A stretch of 64,000 nucleotides of DNA from Dehalococcoidia bacterium (lineage in GTDB: Bacteria > Chloroflexota > Dehalococcoidia > Lucifugimonadales > UBA3495): positions 1 through 64,000 of the forward strand of contig JASLXV010000058.1 of the NCBI GenBank assembly GCA_030740155.1, given 5' to 3'. Positions 54,473-64,000 of the stretch are shown here, in pieces (position 1 is the stretch's first letter; the number at the start of each line of letters is the position of its first letter). Under the pieces are notes generated by a model. The model was not told where the DNA came from, did not search any database, and saw only the letters and a list, made by a program, of their open reading frames with translations. Both the position numbers and the translations under genes were made by a program.

Positions 54473-55510
54473 TTACGGCTTTAACACCAGCTTGCCGAAG
54501 AAGTTGGTCTCTTCCATGGCGCGGTGGGCGGCGGCGGCCTCTGCCAGAGGGAAGGTCCGGTCGACGACGGGTCGGATGGCCCCTCGGTTCAGCATCGCCA
54601 CGATCTCCCGCATGTCCTCCTTGGTGCCCATGAAGACCCCGTGCACTTCCACCTGCCGGCTGAACAGCAGGCCCAGGTGCAATTCGGCGCGCAGACCGGT
54701 GGTGGCGCCACAGGTACCGTAGCGTCCTCCCGCGCGCAGCGACCCGAAAGCCTTGGAGAAAAAGTCGGCCCCCACGTGGTCCACTACCGCGTCCACTCCG
54801 GTCCCGCCGGTCAGGGCCTTGGCCCGTTCGGTGATGTCCTCTTCGTTGTAGTTGATCACCTCGTCGGCCCCCAACTCCAAGGCCTTGGCCGCCTTCTCGG
54901 CGGTGCTGGTGGTGGCGATAACCCTGGCGCCGATGATGTTCTTGGCCACCTGGATCGCCGCGGTGCCGACACCGGCGGAGGCGGAGAGGACTAACACCGT
55001 CTCCCATGGCTTCAGCCGGAGGCGGCGCACAAGCATGTTCCAGACGGGCAGGAAGGTGGTGGGCACGGCGGCGGCTTCCTCGTAGGAGACCGAGTCGGCA
55101 ATTATGTGGGCGTTGGCCGCCGGCACGGCTACCAACTCGGCGTAGCTGCCGTCCATGGCGCTGCCCATGAAGCGAGGCCTGGGGCACAGGTCATCCTGGC
55201 CGGCCAGGCAAGCCGGGCATTGCTGGCAGCTAAAGCGGGGGTTCACCACCACCCGGTCACCGGGCTTGAGCCCGCTCACCCCGCTGCCGGCCTCCACCAC
55301 GTCGCCCGCGCAGTCGCCTCCCAGTATCAGCGGCGGCGGAAACTCGCGGCGAAGCCCCCGGCCACCCTCCCGGGTGTAGAGGTCCAGCCGGTTCAACGCG
55401 GTTGCCCGGACTCGTATCTTTACCTGGTGGGCCTCGATTGCCGGGTCGGGACGCTCGCCGTAGGTCAAGACGTCTGGGCCGCCGTGGGCTTCGATGTAGA
55501 CTGCCTGCAT
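54473..55510 (-). CDS. MDR-family Zn-binding dehydrogenase/quinone oxidoreductase
   Basis: ALNRLD, CQQCPAC..C structural zinc site, SASAGVG, FGKLVL. Confidence 0.88.
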   Translation of the reverse strand: MQAVYIEAHGGPDVLTYGERPDPAIEAHQVKIRVRATALNRLDLYTREGGRGLRREFPPPLILGGDCAGDVVEAGSGVSGLKPGDRVVVNPRFSCQQCPACLAGQDDLCPRPRFMGSAMDGSYAELVAVPAANAHIIADSVSYEEAAAVPTTFLPVWNMLVRRLRLKPWETVLVLSASAGVGTAAIQVAKNIIGARVIATTSTAEKAAKALELGADEVINYNEEDITERAKALTGGTGVDAVVDHVGADFFSKAFGSLRAGGRYGTCGATTGLRAELHLGLLFSRQVEVHGVFMGTKEDMREIVAMLNRGAIRPVVDRTFPLAEAAAAHRAMEETNFFGKLVLKP

Positions 55511-55719
55511 AGCAACTGCCTCCGTGTGTTTGAGCTATCAGCCGTCAGCTTTCTGCCGGCCGACGGCCAAGGGTATTCGTTAGGCGGCACGGGAGCCGCT
55601 CGTCGATCGTATTGCTCACTGCCGATCATGCTGAGACCGCAAAGGTTGAACGATCTGGGCGGAATTCTCAGCGCACTCTGCGTCTCTGCGGTATTGAGTT
55701 GGCCGCCCGTGCCCCGCCG

Positions 55720-55935
55720 CTAGGGCCTGCGCCCGAAGTAGCAATCGTTGCACAGAAAGACGATGGCCAGGGCCTCTTCGTGGCTGCCGATGCGCCCGCA
55801 AGAGGGGATGTCGCTGTCCTGGCTCCACGGTTGGTGGAACTCCCCGCCGCACATTTGGCACGTGGTCTGGTGCACCCCGTCCAGTACCGCTCCACAGATG
55901 ACGCAGGACTCTTCTTCTAGCTCTTCATCCACCAC
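55720..55935 (-). CDS. Small Cys-rich zinc-finger protein
   Basis: CVIC, CQMCGGEFH, C, CNDC; starts 3 nt after the CCA enzyme stop. Confidence 0.7.
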   Translation of the reverse strand: MVDEELEEESCVICGAVLDGVHQTTCQMCGGEFHQPWSQDSDIPSCGRIGSHEEALAIVFLCNDCYFGRRP

Positions 55936-55938
55936 GGC

Positions 55939-57240
55939 CTAGCCATCACCTCGGCCAAGGATATCCTGCGCCAGCCGCCGCTCTTGCGCTTCGGTCGATA
56001 CCTTCCGGTCCAGCTTGGCTTCCCGGAGACGCCGCAGGATTCGGCCCACCATCGGGCCGTCGGGCACGCCCATCGCCAGAAGGTCCCGGCCGCTCAAGGT
56101 GGGCGCCACGAACTGTAGCTCGTTCAAGTATTCCGCCAGCCGGCCGGCTACCCTGGGTGACCCGGCAACCCGGGAAACCGCCATCACCGCTTCCGGACAC
56201 GAGCCCTCCACCAGTGAGAACAGCCGGGAACGCGGTAGGGAAGGGCCGGCAAGCTCCGCCTCCCGTTGCCGCAGCGCAGCTGTATCCCGGACCACCTGCG
56301 CCCAGGGCTTGGGCATGTTCAGCCGGTGAATCACCGTTTCCGCATCCTCCGGAGAGAGGGGGTACGTCAAGCCCGCGAGGTAGACCAGGGGGATGGTATC
56401 GCCGGTCCGATCCTCTCGGGTCCCTACGTCTTCGGCGGAGTTCAAATCCGCGGCTGCCGAGAGCCCCGCCGGGGCTTTCCCGCTTCCCAGGGCAGGATGG
56501 ATAGCAGCCATTATACCCAGGTCCCAGGCCCGGGTCAGCGCCGGTCCCGGCCGGTCTTCCCGGAAGATCATCTCCAACTCGTGCCGGAAGCGGTCGGCGC
56601 CAAGGGCCGCCAGATATCCATCGGCGATGGCGCCCTCGAGCCGGGCCAGGGTTTGGGGCTCGATTCGAAACCCCAGCCGTTGTTCGTACCGGACGGCTCG
56701 AAGGATCCGGGTGGGGTCATCCACGAAGCTGTTAGGGTGCAAGGTGCGGATAAGGCCACGGCGGAGGTCGCCCACTCCTCCATGTTGGTCCAGAACCTTC
56801 GGCCGGGTCTCTCTGAGGGGCAGGGCCAGCGCGTTCACGGCGAAATCGCGACGGGCCAGGTCGTCTTCAATAGTACCTGGGAAGACCTGTGGCAGGGCCG
56901 CCGGATGAGGGTAGACCTCTTTGCGGGCGGAGACCATGTCGACGCGGCAGCCGGTCAGGGCCACCGTTGCCGTTCCGAACCGGGGGTGGGTCAATACCCG
57001 TCCTCCCAGGTCCTCCGCTAGTTGGCGAGCCACCTCCGGCCCGTCGCCGTCCACCACGAAATCCAGGTCCCGGACCGGCGCACCCAACAGAGCGTCGCGC
57101 ACCGGCCCGCCCACCAGGAATATCGCCGGTGATCGCTCCAAGGCTCGGCGGCGGAGGGCCGTCAGTACGGACAGGTTCTCTCCGCCCAAACTGCCTTCAA
57201 GGGCGTCCAGGAGAGCGTTAATATGCTGGAATCGCGGCGT
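55939..57240 (-). CDS. cca: CCA tRNA nucleotidyltransferase (class II); start at ACG 57240 or TTG 57189
   Basis: VGGPVRD..DLD, RFGTA, EDDLARRDFAVNA, SFVDDPTRILRAVRY. Confidence 0.85.
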   Translation of the reverse strand, partial: TPRFQHINALLDALEGSLGGENLSVLTALRRRALERSPAIFLVGGPVRDALLGAPVRDLDFVVDGDGPEVARQLAEDLGGRVLTHPRFGTATVALTGCRVDMVSARKEVYPHPAALPQVFPGTIEDDLARRDFAVNALALPLRETRPKVLDQHGGVGDLRRGLIRTLHPNSFVDDPTRILRAVRYEQRLGFRIEPQTLARLEGAIADGYLAALGADRFRHELEMIFREDRPGPALTRAWDLGIMAAIHPALGSGKAPAGLSAAADLNSAEDVGTREDRTGDTIPLVYLAGLTYPLSPEDAETVIHRLNMPKPWAQVVRDTAALRQREAELAGPSLPRSRLFSLVEGSCPEAVMAVSRVAGSPRVAGRLAEYLNELQFVAPTLSGRDLLAMGVPDGPMVGRILRRLREAKLDRKVSTEAQERRLAQDILGRGDG

Positions 57241-57261
57241 GAAAGGCCTCCTGTCGAGGGT

Positions 57262-57270
57262 ATTATAGCA
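57262..57270 (-). promoter_or_regulatory. Extended -10 promoter element
   Basis: Minus strand TGCTATAAT, followed by AGGAGG at 57252-57247. Confidence 0.6.
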
Positions 57271-57387
57271 TAGGGATGGCGCGTTTCCGGCGATCTCCGG
57301 GGCGGTACCGCCGACCCCTGGAGCTATGGCGGAGGGTCACCGGGTCAACCCCGGGCCGGGCCGCGGCGGACAGGCCCGGCGGTCTTT

Positions 57388-57415
57388 TTGACAACCCTTT
57401 CCCGCATGGTACAAT
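57388..57415 (+). promoter_or_regulatory. Sigma70-type promoter
   Basis: TTGACA-16nt-TACAAT with TG extension. Confidence 0.6.
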
Positions 57416-57445
57416 CCAAATACGAAGCCGTCCGGAGGCGATATC

Positions 57446-58078
57446 ATGGCTGAAAGTGCGATAACCACCTACTACGATTTTCGTTGACCCTTCGTGTACA
57501 ATGCCGCCATGTGGCTGGCAAAGGTGGAGAAAGGCTCCGGAGAGGCCATCGAGGTGGACTGGCAACCGTTCTCGCTGGCCCAGGTTAACAGGAAAGATGA
57601 GTCAAACCTGAAGTACTGGGAGCAGCCTGAGGTGCTGGACGGCTCCGACAATACCTTGTTGGCTCACCGGGCCGGACTGGCGGCCAAACGCCAGGGCAAG
57701 GAGGCGTTCAAGTCGTTCTTCATCGCCTTGCTCCGGGCACGCCACGAGGATAAGAAGGACCTGACCGATCGGGCGGTGATGGAAGAAGCGGCGGGAACGG
57801 CCGGGATCGACCTGGCCCGGCTCCGGGAAGACATGGCGGACCCCGATCTACTGCGGGAGTTGGGCGAAAGTCATACCAGGGCCGTGGAAGAGTTCGGCGC
57901 CTTCGGAGTGCCCACCTTCGTTTTCCCCGGAGGCAAGACGGCGTTCCTCAAGATGTTTATCCCTCCCGACGATGAGGCGGTGGAAATGTACGACTCGCTT
58001 ATGAAGGTCATGAGCGAGTTTGCCTACGTTGGGGAGATCAAGCGTCCCCAGCCGCCCTGGCCGCACAGTGTCATCTAG
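57446..58078 (+). CDS. DsbA/FrnE-like thioredoxin-fold protein, probable selenoprotein (TGA at 57485-57487)
   Basis: GGAGG RBS, then ATG..YYDFR-TGA-PFVYNAA in frame with the 57494 ORF; WQPFSL, FGVPT cis-Pro loop. Confidence 0.8.
57502..57520 (+). promoter_or_regulatory. Candidate bacterial SECIS hairpin
   Basis: TGCC-GCC-[ATGT]-GGC-T-GGCA beginning 15 nt after the TGA. Confidence 0.5.
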
Positions 58079-58087
58079 GAGGGATTA

Positions 58088-58813
58088 GTGGCGGCCGAGG
58101 AACTGGAATCCGCTCTGGGTTTGACGTTCCGGAACCGGCAACTGCTTGAGCAGGCCCTGGTCCACCGGTCCTCTGTCAACGAGCAAGGATGGTCGCCCAC
58201 CGACTCCTACGAGCGTATGGAGTACCTGGGCGACGCCGTGCTGGAGTTGGTGGTTTCCGAAGACCTCTACGGGCGCTTCCCCGACTTGAGCGAAGGGGCT
58301 TTGACCAAAGTCCGTTCCGGTCTGGTGTGCCGTGAGAGCCTGGCCCAGGTCGCCCGCCGGCTCAACCTGGGGGACCGCCTCCTGATGGGAAAGGGCGAGG
58401 AGGCCACCGGTGGCCGTCTCCGGGAATCCACCCTGGCCGCGGCCTTCGAGGCGTTGGTGGCGGCGGTGTACCTAGACCGAGACTACGCCGAGGCCCGCCG
58501 GTTCGTCCTTCGGGTGATGGCCGAAGAGCTTGAAGGGTCCTATCGACTGGGCAGGTTGCCCGAGAACCCCAAGTCCAGCCTCCAAGAATACGTGCAGGGC
58601 CAGGGCCTGCCGGCCCCTGTCTACCGGGTGATATCCAGCGAAGGCCCCGATCACGATCCAGTCTTCACCGTCGAGGTCCTGGTCGTCGGCGAGGTGATAG
58701 GCGTGGGCCACGGCGGCAATAAAGCGGGCGCCGAGCGGACGGCGGCCGTGATCGCCCTGCAGCAGTTGACCTCGGAGTCCGGTACCGGCTCGTCCGCCGA
58801 GGATCCGAAGTAA
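58088..58813 (+). CDS. rnc: Ribonuclease III
   Basis: ERMEYLGDAVLEL, FEALVAAVYLD, dsRBD NPKSSLQE..GPDHDPVF. Confidence 0.96.
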   Translation: MAAEELESALGLTFRNRQLLEQALVHRSSVNEQGWSPTDSYERMEYLGDAVLELVVSEDLYGRFPDLSEGALTKVRSGLVCRESLAQVARRLNLGDRLLMGKGEEATGGRLRESTLAAAFEALVAAVYLDRDYAEARRFVLRVMAEELEGSYRLGRLPENPKSSLQEYVQGQGLPAPVYRVISSEGPDHDPVFTVEVLVVGEVIGVGHGGNKAGAERTAAVIALQQLTSESGTGSSAEDPK

Positions 58814-58970
58814 GCCCGCCGGCGCTGAAGCCTTTCGCCATGCCGCACTGCAATCCGGTCATCGAAACCTTCGGGAAATCAAGTTGAGAGCGGATAGCAA
58901 AACTCCCACCAGGTCATTCCGAGTTGTCATGCCCCGGTGGGGCGCCTCCGGCAGCTTCAGACACTTGATG

Positions 58971-59084
58971 CCCCCCTCTCCCACCGGGAGAGGGGCCGGG
59001 GGTGAGGGGCTATTTTCAGAGCGGGAGCGAAGCCGCGAGGAATCTCAGCGTAACCACGAGATTCTTCGCTTTGCTCAGAATGAC
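58971..59084. repeat. CCCTCTCCC/GGGAGAGGG REP next to an inverted family A element
   Basis: CCCCTCTCCCACCGGGAGAGGGG, then GAATCTCAGCGTAACCACGAGATTCTTCGCTTTGCTCAGAATGAC matching the reverse complement of 1205-1275. Confidence 0.75.
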
Positions 59085-59169
59085 GAAGTGGCCAGAACAA
59101 CGGCTTCCAGTCTTGTTACCTGCTCCAAGAATAGTCATCGCTCCTCGTTTTCCGTGAAGGGTTTTGCCG

Positions 59170-59193
59170 GACAGCCAGACAGCCAGACAGCCA
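59170..59193. repeat. Octamer tandem repeat (GACAGCCA)x3
   Basis: Three exact copies just upstream of ftsY. Confidence 0.7.
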
Positions 59194-59216
59194 GCTAGAA
59201 AGTTTGAGGGTCATTG

Positions 59217-60173
59217 ATGCTCAGGTTTTTCAAACGCAACAAGGAAGAAACCAAGAAACGCACGGATGCGGCAGTCAAGCCCAGCCGCGATCGCTGGTTC
59301 GGGCGCATCCTCGGCGTGCTACGATCTTCGCGACTGGACGACTCGGTGTGGGCAGAGCTGGAGGAGATCCTGATCTCTGCCGATGTCGGCGTTGAGACCT
59401 CCCTGCGGCTCGTTGAGGACCTGCGGTCCAGGGTTAAGGACAACCGGCTGGAGGACGCGGACCAGGTGTTCGAGGACCTGAAGCGATCCCTGGTCCAAGA
59501 CCTGGACCTCGAAAGCCCGGATTCCGGGGGGCTCGAGATCGGCGACTCGGATACCCCCTACGTCATCCTGATGGTGGGGGTCAACGGAGTTGGCAAGACC
59601 ACCAGCATTGCCAAGCTGGCCCACCACTTTCTGCAGATGGACAAGAAGGTGGTCCTGGGCGCGGCGGATACCTTCCGGGCGGCCGCCGCCGAGCAGTTGG
59701 AAATCCTCGGAGAGCGGGTGGGCGTAGAAGTAATTAGCCATCGCTCCGGGGCCGACCCGGGAGCGGTGGCCTACGATGCCTATCGGGCCAGCAAGGCCCG
59801 GCACGCCGACGTGTTGATCGTCGACACCGCCGGACGGTTGCACACCAAATCCAACCTGATGGAGGAGCTACGGAAGATAAACCGGGTCCTGAAACGGTTG
59901 GATCCGGCGGCGCCGCATCAGGTCATCCTGACCCTGGACGCGACCACCGGCCACAACGGCCTGGCCCAGGCCAAGGCCTTCAAAGAGGCGGTGAACTGCA
60001 CCGGTATATTCCTGGCCAAGCTCGACGGCACGGCCCGAGGAGGAATTGCCCTTGCCATCAAACAGGAGTTGCAGGTGCCGATCCTCTTCATTGGCACGGG
60101 GGAAGGCATCGACGATCTGGCGCCCTTCGACTCCAGGGAGTTCGTCGAGTCGTTACTTGCTCCCGTATCGTGA
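59217..60173 (+). CDS. ftsY: SRP receptor FtsY
   Basis: [39 protein letters not shown]. Confidence 0.96.
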   Translation: MLRFFKRNKEETKKRTDAAVKPSRDRWFGRILGVLRSSRLDDSVWAELEEILISADVGVETSLRLVEDLRSRVKDNRLEDADQVFEDLKRSLVQDLDLESPDSGGLEIGDSDTPYVILMVGVNGVGKTTSIAKLAHHFLQMDKKVVLGAADTFRAAAAEQLEILGERVGVEVISHRSGADPGAVAYDAYRASKARHADVLIVDTAGRLHTKSNLMEELRKINRVLKRLDPAAPHQVILTLDATTGHNGLAQAKAFKEAVNCTGIFLAKLDGTARGGIALAIKQELQVPILFIGTGEGIDDLAPFDSREFVESLLAPVS

Positions 60174-60251
60174 CTTCAAACTCTCCGCCGTCGGATACCC
60201 GCGAGTGGGCGCCGGTTGACGGCCGATGGCTGATCGCACTCGGGTCGAGCA

Positions 60252-62681
60252 GTGGTTGACGCGCTAACCTGGCTCCTGGCCATCGAGCTTCTGGGTCTCT
60301 TGGCCTTCCCCTTGGCCTTTGTCCTCTTCCAGAGGTTGCCCGACCGGGGGTTCACGCTGGCCAAGCCCCTGGCCCTGGTGGTTTTCTCCTACGTGCTGTG
60401 GGTCGCCGGCCTGACCCAGTTGATCCCCAACACCCGCGTTACCATCATCGTGATCCTCGTCCTGGGCGCGGCCGCCAGCGGCCTGGTGTTCCGGGCCACG
60501 GCCGGCCGGGTCAAGGTGTTCCTCCGGGAAGAATGGCGGACCTTGGTGGTCGCCGAGGCCGTGTTCCTGGCCTTCTTCTTGCTGTGGCTGGGCATAACTT
60601 CGGAGTCGCCGGCCATCAGCCACACCGAGAAGCCGATGGACTTCGGCTTCATGAACGCCGTGTTGCAGAGCAGGTTCTTCCCTCCGGAAGACCCTTGGCT
60701 GGCAGGCCACTCCATCAGTTACTACTACTTCGGCCACTTCATGATGGCCTTTCTGGTCAAGCTGACCGGCATACCGTCCAGCGTGGGTTACAACCTGGCC
60801 GTATCCCTGGTGCCCGCGTTGGTGGGAATAGGCGCCTTCGGCCTGGTGTACAACCTGGTGCGGCTGTCGCGCGGCAGCCGGGCGGCGGCCCTGGGCTTCG
60901 GCCTGGCGGCGCCGGCCCTGGTCTTGCTGATCGGCAACCTTGAAGGGGCGATGGAGTTCCTCCACGCCCAAGGTTGGGGCGGTGACGGCTTCTGGGAGTG
61001 GGTCGGCATCAAAGGCCTGGAAGGGGGCTCCGCCAGCTCGGGTGGCTTTCCCGACCAAACTTGGTGGTGGTGGCGCGCTACCCGGGTCATCGATACTTTG
61101 GCGGACGGCGGAAGTCTGGACTACACCATCACCGAGTTCCCCATGTTCAGCTTCCTGCTGGGCGACCTGCATCCCCACGTCATGAGCCTCCCGTTCGTGG
61201 TCCTTGGCCTGTCCCTGGGACTCAACCTGCTCCTGTCACCCGCCAGGCTGGGGCCCGGCTGGCTGCTCCGCCACCCGCTGGAGTCCCTCGCCATCGCCCT
61301 GTTCGTCGGGTCCCTGGCGTTCATCAACACTTGGGACCTGCCCCTGATGGCAGGGATCCTGGGGATCGTGGTCCTGGTTAAGAGCTATGGTGACCATCGG
61401 GGAGACCTGTCGCGGGCGGCGCTCAACGGGGCCGCTGTGTTGGTTCCCATCCTGATCGTGGCGGTGGTCCTGTTCCTGCCTTTCTACTTGACCCTGAGCA
61501 GCCAGGCCTCGGGGATACTGCCGTCGCGTGACGTGAGCACGCGGCCGTTCCTATTCTTTCTGACCATGGGCCTCTTTTCCATGCTGGCGGTCTCGTTTGT
61601 CCTGCGGCAGCTGTCCGGCCTGGCCCGGCCCAGCCAGGACGAGGCGCCCGCCGCCAGCCTGATACTGGTGGTGGTCCTGTTGCCCCTGGTGGTCTGGGCC
61701 ATGATTGTCCTGTTCCTGACCATCGTCGACGACGGGGCCGCTGCCGCCATCAGGAAAGTCGGAGGCCGGGCCCTGTGGGTCCTGCCGGGTCTCGCCATCG
61801 TATCGGTTGCCGCGTTCAGCGCGGCTCAGCGGGTGCGGCTGGGCCGGGAGCCCGCGGCCGCGTTCACCCTGCTGTTGCTGGCGATGGCCTTTTATCTGCT
61901 GGTGGGAGCCGAGTTGTTCTACGTCGTCGACTCTTTCGGCGGCGGCCTCCGGCGGATGAACACGGTTTTCAAGATCTACTATCAGGCTTGGCTGCTTCTG
62001 GCCCTGGCCGGGGCCTACGGGCTGTATTTCTGGCGCTCCCACCGGCCTCGGGTCGGGCCCGGCCCGGATGGACACACCGGTCTCGGCCGTTGGGCCCTTC
62101 GCCTGGGTGATTACGCCTGGATCGCGGCCGTAGCGCTGCTGCTGGTGGCCTCGGCCTACTATCCGGTGGGAGCGGTCCTGGACCGGACGGGCCTACTGCG
62201 CCCGGGCCACACGCTGGAGGACAACACGCTGGACGGCCTGCGGTTCATCCAGGCTGGGAACCCCGGGGAGTACGCGGCCATCCGGTGGCTGCGGGATGAG
62301 GCCTCCTGGGGCCGGATCGTCGAGGCGGTGGGTGACGACTACTCTGACTACGGGAGGATCTCCGCCGCCACCGGCCTGCCGACCGTCCTGGGCTGGAAGG
62401 GCCACGAACTTCAGTGGCGAGGAAGCAGCCGGTCCTTCGAAGGCCGGGAGGAAGACGTGGCTCGAATCTACGAAAGCGACGACGCCGAGGAGGTGCGCCA
62501 ACTGCTGGAATGGTATGATGTCCGGTACGTTTACCTGGGCCGCCGGGAGCGGGCTGAATACGGCGGCGCGCACCTGGCGGGCTTCGGTAGCTTCTTGAAA
62601 ACCGCCAATGAGTGGGAGGGCGTAGTAATCTACGAACTAACTGATGGAGTTGGCCAGGTTGGCTCAGCCGGCTATGACTAG
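60252..62681 (+). CDS. DUF2298/Chlor_Arch_YYY membrane protein
   Basis: TEKPMDFGFMNA, DPWLAGHSISYYYFGH, TEFPMFSFLLGDLHPH, RMNTVFK, TGLPTVLGW. Confidence 0.88.
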   Translation: MVDALTWLLAIELLGLLAFPLAFVLFQRLPDRGFTLAKPLALVVFSYVLWVAGLTQLIPNTRVTIIVILVLGAAASGLVFRATAGRVKVFLREEWRTLVVAEAVFLAFFLLWLGITSESPAISHTEKPMDFGFMNAVLQSRFFPPEDPWLAGHSISYYYFGHFMMAFLVKLTGIPSSVGYNLAVSLVPALVGIGAFGLVYNLVRLSRGSRAAALGFGLAAPALVLLIGNLEGAMEFLHAQGWGGDGFWEWVGIKGLEGGSASSGGFPDQTWWWWRATRVIDTLADGGSLDYTITEFPMFSFLLGDLHPHVMSLPFVVLGLSLGLNLLLSPARLGPGWLLRHPLESLAIALFVGSLAFINTWDLPLMAGILGIVVLVKSYGDHRGDLSRAALNGAAVLVPILIVAVVLFLPFYLTLSSQASGILPSRDVSTRPFLFFLTMGLFSMLAVSFVLRQLSGLARPSQDEAPAASLILVVVLLPLVVWAMIVLFLTIVDDGAAAAIRKVGGRALWVLPGLAIVSVAAFSAAQRVRLGREPAAAFTLLLLAMAFYLLVGAELFYVVDSFGGGLRRMNTVFKIYYQAWLLLALAGAYGLYFWRSHRPRVGPGPDGHTGLGRWALRLGDYAWIAAVALLLVASAYYPVGAVLDRTGLLRPGHTLEDNTLDGLRFIQAGNPGEYAAIRWLRDEASWGRIVEAVGDDYSDYGRISAATGLPTVLGWKGHELQWRGSSRSFEGREEDVARIYESDDAEEVRQLLEWYDVRYVYLGRRERAEYGGAHLAGFGSFLKTANEWEGVVIYELTDGVGQVGSAGYD

Positions 62682-64000
62682 AACTGGGGTAGGCGGGGTC
62701 CGAAGGTTGCCCCGCCGGGCCCTCGGATTTTGGCACGACCGGACTTTCGGCTGGCTGGAGGCGGGCGTCCTGGCCGTGGTGCTCCTGGCCTTGGGCATGC
62801 GCCTGTGGGAGTTGGACGGGCGGGCCATGCACTACGATGAGGGTATCCACGTCCACTACGCCTGGCGCCTGTTCAACAGCGACGGCGCGTTGTGGGGCTG
62901 GCCCTGGGTGTTCGGCACCGACTTCATCCACTCCCCCTGGATGCACGGTCCCCTCCAGTTCGAGCTTACCGCCCTGGTTTTTCGCCTGCTCGGAGATAGC
63001 GATTTCACCGCCCGGCTGACCTATGTGATCTTCGGCGTGGCTCTGGTGGGACTGCCCTATTTTCTCCGGGACTACCTGGGCCGGGCCGGAGCCCTGCTGG
63101 CGGCGGTAATGCTTGCCTTTTCACCCACGCTGCTCTACTTCAGCCGTTTCGGACGCAACGATATTCTGATGGCCTTCTGGGCGGCGGCGATCCTGGTCTT
63201 GATGTGGCGCTTTATTCACGAGGGCAAACACCGCTACCTGTATTTGGCGTCGGCCGTGCTGGCTTTCATGTTCGCCACCAAGGAGACCGCGTACATCGTG
63301 GTCCTGATCTTTGGGGCGATGATGTTTCTACCGGCGTTGCAGGACTTGGTCCCCTGGGCTTTGGGCCGGACCAAGTTTACCGAGATGGCCGGCCCGGCCG
63401 GGTTTCTGCTGCTGCTGGTTACTCTGACGCTACCCCAGTGGGCGCCCATGGCGTGCCTGGCTCAGGACGCGGTGGGCCTGACTCTGTGCAACGCGGAAGG
63501 GGTTACCGGTGGCCTGGTGGGTGCCCCCGACTGGGGCGGGTCCTTTGTGGCCTTGCCGGTCTACGCCGCCCCGTGGTGGTTCCATGGGCTGGCCGTCGCG
63601 TTACTGGCGGGTACCCTGACCTGGATGAGCACCAGGACTGGGAGGGGCTCCAATGGCCCCCGGTTGACGCCGCGCCGTCTGGTGACGGGAGTTGCCGTTC
63701 CCCTGGCGATGGTGGCGGCCACTCTGGTGGTGGTGTTTCGCCCGATCGACCAGGTCTGGTCTTTGGCTGAGGTCCCGGTATTGGACTTTATCGTCACCGG
63801 TGTGGTGGCCGGCTTTGCCGTAGGCACCTTGGCCGTGGCCAGGCACCCTTGGAGGCAGGCGGCGCTGCTGATAATCTTGCCGGCCCTGGCCGCCGTGGCC
63901 TACGCGTTCTGGTTTACCGGCGTGGTGAACGTGGATTCCATTGTCAACGGCGTGCTCCCCGGCGGTATCAACGTGGACGCCAGCGCCAACGCGGTGCCGG
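62674..64000 (+). CDS. TIGR03663-like GT-C membrane protein, truncated by window end
   Basis: Manual translation LGMRLWELDGRAMHYDEGIH..MHGPLQF..SPTLLYFSRFGRND..FATKE; overlaps the stop of the previous gene. Confidence 0.78.
   Translation, partial: MTRTGVGGVRRLPRRALGFWHDRTFGWLEAGVLAVVLLALGMRLWELDGRAMHYDEGIHVHYAWRLFNSDGALWGWPWVFGTDFIHSPWMHGPLQFELTALVFRLLGDSDFTARLTYVIFGVALVGLPYFLRDYLGRAGALLAAVMLAFSPTLLYFSRFGRNDILMAFWAAAILVLMWRFIHEGKHRYLYLASAVLAFMFATKETAYIVVLIFGAMMFLPALQDLVPWALGRTKFTEMAGPAGFLLLLVTLTLPQWAPMACLAQDAVGLTLCNAEGVTGGLVGAPDWGGSFVALPVYAAPWWFHGLAVALLAGTLTWMSTRTGRGSNGPRLTPRRLVTGVAVPLAMVAATLVVVFRPIDQVWSLAEVPVLDFIVTGVVAGFAVGTLAVARHPWRQAALLIILPALAAVAYAFWFTGVVNVDSIVNGVLPGGINVDASANAVP

Overview
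High-GC bacterial chromosome segment, most consistent with Chloroflexota (Dehalococcoidia/SAR202-like). This is an inference from two Chlor_Arch_YYY/DUF2298 genes, a TIGR03663-like gene, an 11-subunit complex I operon and expanded crotonase/MaoC/MDR paralogs. Most of the window is housekeeping and metabolic: leuS, Ktr/Trk K+ uptake, pheA, gap, eno, nuoABCDHIJKLMN without nuoEFG, trmD, DinG, an OGG1-like glycosylase, a CCA-adding enzyme, rnc and ftsY. Highlights: (1) a solitary low-GC AbiK/UG-class (defence-type) reverse transcriptase at 52828-54432 with a non-canonical SYDD active site and a tail ending in YY; (2) a probable selenoprotein, a DsbA/thioredoxin-fold gene with an in-frame TGA at the catalytic Cys position and a SECIS-like hairpin, whose start the ORF track misses; (3) a probable non-canonical (ACG) start for the CCA-adding enzyme; (4) two unexplained small genes inside the nuo operon; (5) a PHD-finger-like small protein; (6) two tandem gene duplications, one including promoter and leader; (7) several dispersed palindromic repeat families, one of them in-frame inside a gene. 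No rRNA, tRNA, CRISPR array, transposase or integrase was recognised. All family calls come from motifs read by eye, not from database searches.
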